The notes beneath the pieces were generated by a model. The model did no database searches, had not been told where the DNA came from, and saw only the letters and a program-made list of their open reading frames with translations. 64,000 nucleotides of DNA from Octopus bimaculoides (Eukaryota), in NCBI RefSeq assembly GCF_001194135.2, contig NC_068985.1, positions 29,578,464-29,642,463 on the forward strand, written 5' to 3'. Positions within the stretch are counted from its first letter, which is position 1; each line of letters begins with the position of its first letter. This document shows, piece after piece, positions 25,445 through 36,564 of this stretch. Made by a program: the position numbers and the translations under genes.

Positions 25445-26615
25445 CAATACAACAAATGCCTCTATTGGTCGCACACCACAAGGGTCAACGGAACTTACTG
25501 AAACAAGCCAACCTGCTCGCAGCATTGCTATGGGCAATGGCGAGGCTAAGGCGTTGGAACAGTCAAGCACCTAACACCTTGGTAAGGCGAGTCACTAACG
25601 ATGACAACAACTTCACCGTTTGCGGCCCAGTCCCTCCAAACGTCTCAAACGTCACAGACTGACAGGTCTCGATACTTCAAGATTTTGTTTCGTTCGGCTA
25701 TGGAAGCAGTGACCCTCTCGTTTGCTGCAGCATCCAGGATGTAGGAGGGAACAGAGGTGCCACAGACTGTGGCATCCCAGATGAGTCACTTACCTCTTAT
25801 CCAGGGACAGAGGGTAAGACCATCTGGTCTCCTCCCATCACTTCTGGATAATCCCATCGGCTCCAGAACTGAAAGGATATTAACTCCAGCCAGGGCCCGC
25901 TTAATGATTAAGTTTAGCTCAGTGTAACGAGCAAAACGATCAGCATTTAGGCGACAAGATAGACGTGACGACCTGTGAAGTCGAAGGATCTATTGTAGAA
26001 ATGTCTCAGTCCCCCCAATGATGTGGATCTCACTCTGAGTGCAATGAAGATGTAGAACTCATCTAGACCGAGTAGACCGAGTAGACCTCGATTGTTGGCC
26101 ACAGGCAGGGCATCAATCCTGTCCCCTGAGAATTTTGCACTAGCAGAAAGTAGGCGACATCATGAAAATTAACCAGATTGATCAAGGAGAGAGCTGAAAG
26201 TGGTACATGAACGCATAATGTCCCATACTCTCTGTTTCCGTCTATCCTCCACTGTAACCGGAACTGACAAACGCAGCTCTCTCCACTGTCATAGAGCTTC
26301 ATCCATCTCCCTGTTGGAACTAGTCTATGTTGGAGAGGAGAGGATGTTGTCTACTAAAGAGGAGCAAGGATGGAGGAAAGAAAACAGGGAAGAGATAAAG
26401 ACGAGCACTTGCGTAGACCTAGACCACCAAACCATTTGGGCAAAGCAGCCTGATTGCGGGACTCTGGAGAGAGTTTGACATGGACCAAGTATTCGAGTTT
26501 CCTGAAGATCAGGTCGTCAGTGTATTGAAGAGACGACGAGAATCTATAAGAGGGACTAATTCTGAGAAAATACAACTTAGGAATCAACAAGTAATTCCTA
26601 AGTATTAAAAAAAAA
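25445..26615 (-). mobile_element. 5'-truncated, more diverged copy of the CRE-like retrotransposon
   Basis: Reverse-complement similarity to ~29515-30960 without the solo LTR; ORF piece LPKWFGGLGLRK. Confidence 0.85.
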
Positions 26616-27777
26616 AAACCTTGGTGGGCTCAATTACCTCGAGATTTTCTAAAAGTTGCTCTTTGTAAATGCAGTGTAAGCCAGTCTAGATACGTTTATA
26701 GCTCCAGGAATTCCAGAGTTTCAAACAAACTGCAAAGAATTTAATAAGAACAATCTACCTATCTGTCTATTTGGTTCTCTATTTGTATCTATCTATGTCT
26801 GTCTATTAGCTTGTCTGTTTATTTGATTGTCTCTGTCTGTGTATTTATCTATGTATAGACACACACGCATATGCACATGATAATCTAGACTAGAGTCGCA
26901 TTTTTAATACTGTGCATGCGCACACATGCTCATCCTTACTATTGTGTAACATTCTAAAGTCTAGCATTGTCATACATTGCAAGTGTGACTCCATTGTTCT
27001 ATTTCAATGACTGAACAATAAAATCTGTTTAGTTTTATTTGCAGATTGCAACGCACTCACATACACTGCCAAGATCAGTACCTGCTTTGTGGAATAAGCC
27101 TTCCTTCGTTGTAGCTCGCTTTCATTCCAGTTATCGTTCTCTCTTGTTTTGCTCAGCTTTTGAAATTTTGGAATAAAGTGGAAATTTTTGCATTTGGTAT
27201 ACTGATGTAATTGTTCACGCTGAATTAAATTTTGGGATCCTGTCGGTTTGGCTGCCAGTGTCAGTTCTGTTTGAACTGATTTCGGCGGAGACGGACTATA
27301 TGTAATCTGAACCTTTCTCCCCCTTATTTATTAATTTTTTTTTACGGAATCCCACATTTTAGGCTATGGAGATTCCGATTCTGAAAAAAAATTTATTTTG
27401 TTTTGTTTTCCCTGAATACATATAATAACATTTCGATAAAACTATAATATATATTTCGTTCCTGATACAAAGGGCCATTTTTGGTGTGGGTGAGATCAAA
27501 AAAGAGGCGATGCCCATAACCTCTGACATTGAGTTAGTGGGAGGAAAGTATCCTCAAACTAAAAACTGGCCTGAATGCTTCCAACACACATAATGAACTC
27601 CGTTAAAAATATTCCAGCTGGCAAGCGGTGGTGTTAAACCGGGTGGCAAGTTAAGTCTACCACCCAAAAACTCAAAACGCGAAAAGTCGGAACAAATACC
27701 GCAAGGCATCCGGTGCTATGTTCTTACAGTTCCGCTTTTGGATCGGTACTTATTTTGTCGATTCCGAAAAGATGAAA

Positions 27778-30700
27778 CTACTTCCAGCGCCATTCATTCC
27801 CCACCGCTACCCCCTCCCCCTCTGAATTCTAATTCTAAAGCTGACCCCAATAATACTGCCAGTTCATCTCCAAGCTGTGTTCTCTGCACCCGTACAAGTC
27901 ACTATTTGAAGACCATCAAATGCCACTTGTGTAGTCTAAGTTACCACAGGAGCTGTGTCGGCATTACTAAGGTTCAAGTCGGAAGTTTTTCTAAGTGGAC
28001 ATGCAACTGATGTCACTTCAGCTCTGACGTCCTTAGTAGGACAGAACCTTGCTCTGAATTCCAGATCCCTGTGTTTGTCCAAGCTAAGGCTTGTCAATCG
28101 GATCCCTAAGGGTGCTCGGACTTGTTTCGCCCTTGTTCTCTCAAAACTACTGAAGAACCTCTGCCTATCCAACAACACCTCGAATTGGCAGGAACTGTCT
28201 CTGTTCCCTTTGGTCTTCCTCCACGTGTCGAATGGGAATAGTAGATCCCTCACTTCTTCCCTGAAACAGCAGTTCGAGCTGTTTGAATCTACCCCAACCA
28301 CTATATCTCGGGTCGGTCGTCATCTCTACTCCGAACAACGGTCGACCACCTAACTTAAAGAATGCTGTTAATGCCAAATTCAGCGAATTTGACATTAAAG
28401 GAGCTGTTCGTCTTCTTTCGTTTCTGTCCTCTTTCGTCCCGTGTACCACAGACTCCCTCTACCAACTGAAGAAGAAACATCCTCCGGCCCCACCAGATGA
28501 TCACCTACACTGGTGCGACCCACCAAGTTTTCTACAACCCATCGTCACCCATGATAATGTCAGGAGAGTAATTGCATCTTTTCCAGCAGGTTCTGGCGCT
28601 GGGATCGATGGCTTACGACCTCAGAATCTCAAGGGCGGTATCTCCCTGTCAGCTAAGTGATGTTGAGCTCGAACTCTTGGAGAACCGAACACAGTTCATA
28701 AACTTGTTCTCGTCCGAGAGTATCGATGCCTACATTCATCTCCTGTTCTTTGAGGCCAGAGTATTTGGTCTCACCAAGCCCAACGATTACCTCCGCCCCA
28801 TAGCAGTTGGTTGTACTCTGCAATGGCTCACAGCAAAAGTGTGCCGGTCCTCAGTTTCTAACTGCCTGACCGAGGAATTTTGCCCTACTCAGCTAGGAGT
28901 GGATACTAAGCTAGGTTGTGAGGCTGCTGCTCATACCACCGGGACTTTCGCCAACTTGTCCTCTGAGTCCCCAAAGGTCATCCTCAAACTTGACATTAAG
29001 AATGCTTTTACCTCCATCAGTCGAGACTTCATCCTCCGCACAGTAAGGGAGAATTCCCCACCACTTTATCACTTTGCTTGGTAAGCCTATCACCTCCTTT
29101 GGTGACCACCTCGTTCTATCTGCCACTGGAGTCCAACAGGGTGATCCACTTAGTCCTGCCCAATTTGCATTGGGTATTGAGGATGTCACCAAGATGAGAG
29201 CCGTCCTAGAGTTAAATGTCTGGTACCTCGATGACACTTGTTTAGGAGGTCCTCCTGACATGGTCCTTGCAATTGCGAGGACGATGATCGAGGAATATGG
29301 TCGTAGAAGTCTTAGCGTTAACAGCTCCAAATACGAGCTCTGGCTCCTCAACCACTCAGTTTCGCATGAGCAGACTACTAAATTATTTGTTCACTCTCTC
29401 CCCTCTATCATGATTCCTCCTTCATCAGCGTGGTGTTCCCTTGGATCCCCAATTACTGACCTAGCTTTCGAGTCCATCTTTTGATCCAAAATGGCTAACC
29501 TCGAACAACTTGAAGTATACTTAGGAATTACTTGTCAATTCCTAAGCTATTGTGTTTTTTTTAGAGCTAGTCCCTTTTGTAGATTCCTGTCATTCCCCAA
29601 TACTTTGACGACCTAATTTTCAGGAAACTCGAATGCTTGGTCAATGTCAAACTCACCCCAGACTCCCGCGACCAAGCTCCTTTGCTCAAACGGTTTGGGG
29701 TCTAGGTCTGCGCAAGTGCTTGTAGTAACGCCTGCGCATGCGTAGTCTTACGCATGCGTAGAATTAAACAAGCAAGCGTTTCCCGCTCAATTCATTCTCT
29801 TTCTCGCTGGCCAGCGATTGAGCATGGACGTGTGTTTAAGCTGTCTCTACATCTTTCGGTCTTACGCTCGACAGCTAGTTATTCTCACCTCTAAAGATGT
29901 ATAACTAAAGATATGTATGTTTACCACCTAAATAAATGTTGTTTAAGTTGTTTAGTCTGGAGTTCAGCGTTCCGTGTATTCCTTTAATTTTATAGTAGAA
30001 AGTCAGGTATACAATCTAAAGATGTATAACCCACTTTCTACTAAATGCTCATCTTTATCCCTTCTCTGTTTTCTTTCCTCCGTCTACGTTTGCTCATCTT
30101 TGGTAGGCAACATCCTCTCCTCTCCAACATGGTCTTATTCCAACAGGGAGATGGATGAAGCTCTATGACAGTGGAGAGAGCTGCGTTTGTCAGTTCCGGT
30201 TACAGTGGAGGATAGATGGAAACAGAGAGTACCACTTTCAGCTCTCTCCTTGATCAATCTGATCAATTTTCAATGTGTCGCCTACTCTCAGCTAGTGCAA
30301 AATTGTCAGCGAACTGGATTGATGCCTTGCCTGTGGCCAACATTCGAGATCTACTCAGTCTAGATGAACTCCGCATTTTCCTCGCACTCAGAGTGGGAGC
30401 TAACGTCTGTAGGGTACTGAGATGCCGCTGTGGTAGGCCACAGTTCACAGTGTGTCTTGCGCCTAAATGCTGGTCGTTTCGCTTGTCACACCGAGCTAAA
30501 CTTAATCATTAAGCGGGCCCTGGCTGGAATTAATATCCCCTCTGTTCTGGAGCAGTCGGGGTTTTCCAGAAGTGATGAAAAAAGACCAGATGGTTTTTCC
30601 CTCTGCCCCGGGATTAGAGGTAGGTGCCTCATTTGGGACGCAACAGACTGCGACTCTTACTTTCTCACATATCCTGGATGCTGCAGTTAATGGGAGGGTC

Positions 30701-31002
30701 ACTGCTTTCGTAGCCGAACGGAAGAAAACCCTGAAGTATCGCGACCTGACAGTGAACTACCTCTTCCAACCTGTGACGTTTGAGATGCTCGGAGGAACTG
30801 GGCCACTAACCTCGAAGTTCTTGTCAACATTGGCAGCTCGCTTCACCGAGGTGTCACGTGATGCCAGTCAGAACGCTTGGCTTTCCCAACGCCCTAGCCT
30901 CGCCATCGCCCGTGGTCATGCTGCTAGCGTGCTGGCTTGCTTCAGTTTGTTCCGTTAAACTTTGCGGTATGCAACCAGTTGCTATGATAAAAAATTAAAA
31001 AA
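27778..31002 (+). mobile_element. Frameshifted CRE-clade non-LTR retrotransposon: PHD finger, RT, zinc knuckle and restriction-like endonuclease
   Basis: PHD CVLC...IKCHLC...YHRSC...WTC; RT motifs GIDGLRP, RPIAVG, LKLDIKNAF, GVQQGDPL, WYLDD; C-terminal CRCG, HTELN, KRPDG, LIWDAT; A-rich tail. Spread over several frames. Confidence 0.9.
29721..30044 (+). mobile_element. Solo LTR inserted in the CRE element
   Basis: Starts TGTAGTA and ends TACTA(C)A, contains AATAAA, 5-bp TSD gtgct/atgct. Absent from the paralogous copy at ~26405. Confidence 0.65.
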
Positions 31003-34000
31003 TTCCCCACAAATTGTTTCAATAGTTTTAACAGAAAGATTTGGAAGAATTAGATGAAAGTTCTCTGGTAATTTTCTTTCATGTAAATAAATGTTTGTTA
31101 ATTCAAAAATTTGCCAGCAAAATCTTATAAAATGACAATGTTCTAAAAGAAGTACATGTTTATGTTATACATGAAATTGAAACGTTAAGTTGAATTTGAA
31201 AAGGTGTATTTTTTATATATTCAGTTTAAACGATAACAGTTAAGATATAGGGTTAAATAAATTGTTTCAAACATCATTTTCGTGTAATTAACGACAAATG
31301 AATTCCTACATGTGACTCGGTGCCTGGAATCGAACTCGGAATTAGTAGCCCGCGCTCTTAACCACTACGCCATATGGCCGTGGGCGTATGGCGTAGTGGT
31401 TTTAGAAGAGGGCTTTTACAACGTTCTCTCCAAGTGTTTTCTGCTAAAATCTATGCAAACAATACAATTCAGTTACGTCCCTTGGCATAATTAAAACCAG
31501 TGTTTTGAGTTCTTCTTCCTACATGGGTGCAGCCTTGTGCAAATGTTAGAAATGATTTTCTGATCATTTCTTTATGATCTCATTCGACATATATATACTA
31601 CTCTGTTGTCTATAATAATTACCGAATCGGTTAATCTAACGGTAAGCACGGATCTTTGTCTGTATTATTGTATTTTATTTTAAAATCGGATCGAATGCAC
31701 TTAACCATTTAAATTTTATCTCCTAAAATATTTTACCTATGCACTAAATTGATTGCTTCACAAGCGCAAAGTTTACAGATTTACCTCTGAAAAGCGAAAT
31801 GAGAGAGAATGATAACGTTTAATTGCTCGTCTTTATCTCTTCCTTGTTTTCTTTCCTCCATCTACGCTTGTTCCCCTTCGGTAAGCAAAAGGCTTAGCGA
31901 TATTTCATCTGTCTTTACGATCTGAGTTCAAATTCCGCCGAGGTCGACTTTGCCCTTCATCCTTTTGGAGTCGGTAAATTAAGTACCAGTAGGTCTGGCC
32001 CCCTCCCACAAAATTTCGGGCCTTGTGCTTAGAGTAGAAAAGAATATATTCTTGTTACAAGGTTTGCATCGGAAATTTTTATTTAAATATGAGCCTCTAA
32101 TACGATTTTCGAGCAGGGTAGTTTTTCTATAATTAAAAGAGAGAGACATTGGGTTATATACTTTGGAAGATAAGATGAGTGTGGATGGAACGGCATAAGT
32201 ATTCCCTATTAGGCTGATCAACAACAATTAAGTACTATATTGAAACAAGGGTACTAGTGTTGCTCAGTGGTATCGATCGAACCTGGAATAGGATAGTTAA
32301 GAAACAAACTTCTTTGTCAACTGTTTAAAAAACTTTTTTTAATTTTATTTATTTATTTATTTATTTTTAATCATGTGAATAGTTGAATAGCAAACACAAC
32401 GTGACAATTAAGAAAAGAGCTTTTATGCCGTCGCACGATCTATTAGAAATAGCAGGTAGATCTCTCAAATCACAGTCCTTGATGCACCAAGTTTAGATAA
32501 AAGACTAGATTGCCATCAGCTGTAAGGCAGTAATAGCTGCATCCGTTATCTGTCAGTACTTTTTAGAAAAGTTCATATTTATATGCTCTGTAAAAATACT
32601 CGGTAAGTCGTATAACTCTGATCTATGATCGAAGACAATCTTCCTGTTTTCATTCAGACTTAGTGCATCAAGAACTGTGGTTTGAGAGAGATTTGGCTGA
32701 CCAGAAGAGAAGGGCGCGCAGGCAGGGGACGATTGGGCCTTTTCGATCGGGGTAGCTGAGAGCGCTGGACGTGTGAGCGCTTCGACACGGTGAGGGACAG
32801 CAACTGCTATTTTTAGCGTTCGGGTCGGGTCACGTGGAAGGGTACGTTACCACCGGAGAGGTCTGCGTCGACGAAGAGATGGTAGGTGTCTTATTTCTAG
32901 CCTCCCGCATACACCACATCTATTATGATTATATTCGAATTTAATATGAAAAAAAATTGGTTATTGCCATACATCATAAAATGAAAATTGAAATATCGAT
33001 AAAAATGTGTGATGTGTCTCTTAATGTACGTGTGAACGCCCACCATTTTTTTTTCTTTTCTTTTTGTCCTTTTTCGTCTTAAATTCCGATATAATCGTAA
33101 TCTACATTATCTGAAAGTTATTTGTAGAACGTTTCATTTAAAAATACCCTATTTTCTGAAAGTTATGAGGAAACAAAACTGACTTTTGTGAATTTTCAGA
33201 AACTCCCCTTCCCACCATCAGCTGGTGGTGGAGGTGTTGGGAAGGTGGGTTGTAGGTGAGGTTTGACAGAGGAGAGACTGTGTGTTTGAGGGAGTTCATG
33301 GCAATAGAGGACCTGCTTGTATATGTGGATAGCCACACTTTTACTTACCTTGACATGACCTTTCATTTGACTGCTATGTCTTGCAGTTCAAGTGATCCTG
33401 CAAAGACCCCATCATAGGCTCAAGTTTAGGTCTGTCATGAGCCTACAAGCTTTTTACATCAGAGCTTATCTTGGTTTCTAGGGCTTATGGGCAACTCAAG
33501 AAGTCCCCCATGAACATGATGTCAGTCCATCACAGTTGCTGGTACTAATTTTCAGCTGAAAGGAGTGAAACAGTGTAAAATGAAGTGTTTTGTTCAAGAA
33601 CACCAGCCAGTCTTGAAATTGAAACCACAACCATATAATCATGAATTCAACACCCCAACTAAGACCACATAGCTTCATATTGGCTTATCTTATTTGAATT
33701 AATATTGATGTATTTATTCTCACAAGTTGCAGAAAGATAATTATAAATAATAATCTACTGTTGAAAAGTCAACATTAATTCAATGGCAAGTGTTAGTTCA
33801 GTACATAAGGGAGAAAACTCCAAAAATATTTCAATCGGATTAGCTCTCTTCAGCAAAGAATGAACTCTGCCATACTTACCAAAGTAATGATGAAAAAAAC
33901 ACTTAGTGAAGAAGGGTAAATTCTTGCCTGAAACATTTATCCCTTTGACACTCTTGAATCAGTCTTTTAATAAATGTGTGTTGTTCCTTTTTGAATTTAT

Positions 34001-34027
34001 TCTTCTGTTTGTTTTGAAGAACCAAAT

Positions 34028-36519
34028 ATGACTGAGAGTGAAAAGAAAGCTACCTCTGATGCAGAATTTAATGTAAATGATTACTGGATCAATCGGTGGA
34101 ACACTGGAAAAATCCGTTTCCACAGGGAGGAAATGCACATGTAAGTTACTCAATTATCTTTTAACTAATTAACTTAATCAAGCACCACATCTGACTCAAG
34201 TTGTAACTGTCTAGTTTTGCCATGGTTGTGTTGCCATACTATTTATTTAGTTATTTTCATATGCCATGGAAACTGAAATAAACTTTGACCTAATGAGCCT
34301 TTAAACTTATTACAGACCTAAAGTCAGTCCCACTAGACCCAAGATATGATCCCAGGGGCTGTTTTTTTATTGTTTAAGAGCTACATTGCACAGGTGATCT
34401 ACCCTTTATAAGATAGTGTTATTTGAGGGAAGCTTATCTGCTACTTCTAACACATAGGTGACTGCCTAGAGGCTCCCTTACATGTCTTGAATTGATAAGG
34501 ATGCTGGGTGACCAGCTGAGGGATGACTATTTCCTGTCACATCACTGATATTGCATCATACCTATAGTCAACTTCTTTGTTACCATATTTCTGTTAAAAT
34601 ACACAGTTTTTATTTTAATTAATTCTGAAAATAATGAAGAATTTAATAATAAAATAACTTTGCAGTAATTAAAATGATGTTTGAAACATAAATCAACATG
34701 AAATTTTAAAAGAAACTTTTTATTTAGATCATTTTACCCTTTAGCGTTCAGATTATTCTGTCAGACGGAGTGGTTGGCATTTAGGAAGGGTATCCAGCTG
34801 TAGAAACCATGCTAAATCAGATTGGAACCTGGTGCAGCTTTCCAGTTTAGCAGTTTCAACCAAGCCATCTAACCCATGCTAGCATGGAAAGCATATGCCC
34901 TTCATCACCTTAAGCCTTACTTGTTTCCCTGAGTTAAGGATTTATCTTTTATTTCCTCTTGCATCTTCAGCAGTATGAAGCTGGGAGATGTTAACAAGCA
35001 TCACATTTTCTCACCTCAATACTTTTCATGCAAAGCATCGATACAGGCATACAATCTGAAGCCTCTATTCATGCACATTTGTATGCTTGCACATGTACAC
35101 ACACGCATACTGCTACATTTGTAGTGCTGCAGAGATCCACAAAACCCCAGGCTGGATACCATTGAAGGGTTTAGCTGTTATTACCAGGGGTTTGTGTGAT
35201 CTCAGAAAGGCTCCCTATCTTGTTCTTGGTTTCTAATTCTGCCAGGATTTCTTTGCTACTTGTTCCTACATTACCGACAAAACAAGTACCAGTAACATAT
35301 TGAGGTTCAATCTCTTGATTACACTTTTCCCTTTAAATAACTGGCATGGTACTCTGTCGAAAAAAAATTATTGTTGTTTTTATTGAATATTATTGAAATA
35401 ATTTTTTTTTTTTTGCTGTTCTTTTCCTTTGTCTTTAAGATCACTTGAAAAACATTTGGACAAATTTATTGATGGAAGAAATGGAATAAAAATTTTCTTT
35501 CCCCTCTGTGGGAAATGTGTAGATATGAAAGGGTAAGTATTGTCTTTGAATAACAGTGACTCAGTAACATGATCTTGAATCCTCATCCTGTAATAAATAC
35601 TGTTTCCAATCCTTTTCTCAACCTTACATCCTTCTGGAACTCCTTCCCTACTCTTGTTTTTCCCTCACCCACTAAATTTATGAGGATCCAACAGAACATT
35701 ATCTCAAGTCATGTGTGTGTGCGTGCGTAAATATAGGCAGATGTTAAACGATGATGACAATGATGATGATGCATATATATATATAGGTGTAGTTTGTTTA
35801 TTTTTCAGATTAGCAGATAAAGGGCATAATGTTGTTGGAGTTGACATTGCAGAACAAGCTTTCCAGGAATTCTTTACAGACCAGAATTTGGAATATACTG
35901 TTGAAGAATTAAAGGACAACACAGGAAAACTCTTTACAGTAAATATTCACTTTTACAGTAGAAGCTTTTATAAAAAGTTGAAATAATGGTGCAGGTGTAG
36001 CTGTGTGGTATAAAATTTGCTTTCCAACCACACAGTTTGAAGTTCAGTCCCAGAGTGTGGCACTGTAGCCTCATCTATATCTCCAGGTTGACCAAAGCCT
36101 TGTGAGTGGATTGGATTTAGTTGACAAAAACTGAAAGAAAAATCCTGTCATAGATTTATATATCATCATTAAACATCCATTGTTCACACTGCCATGGGTT
36201 AGACATCAGCATCGTTTAACGTCCGCTTTCCATGCTAGCATGGGTTGGACAATTTGACTGAGGACTGGTGAATCGGATGGCTGCACCAAGCTCCAATCTG
36301 ATCTGGCAGAGTTTCTACAGCTGGATGCCCTTCCTAACGCCAACCACTCCGAGAGTGTAGTGGGTGCTTTTACATGCCACCAGCATGAGGACCAGTCACA
36401 CGGTACTGGCAACGGCTACGCTCAAAATGGGGTTTTTTACATGCCACCTGCACAGGAGCCAGTCCAGTGCCACTGGCAAACGACCTCGCTTGAATGATTT
36501 TCTAATGTGCCAAGTGCCA

Positions 36520-36564
<45 letters not shown>

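Noticed and set aside
26485-26525. Minus-strand CTGACGA-cctgatcttcag-GAAAC
   Set aside because: It is coding sequence of the CRE copy (TDDLIFRKLE) and has no cleavage triplet or stem I.
31321-31380. tRNA genes here and at 17119, 19978, 38900 and 60830
   Set aside because: Box A/B are present but no complete cloverleaf; these are SINE heads.
35130-35205. gagatccacaaaacccc...ggggtttgtgtgatctc hairpin as a pre-miRNA
   Set aside because: The stem is short and bulged with a ~30-nt loop; more likely a MITE remnant.
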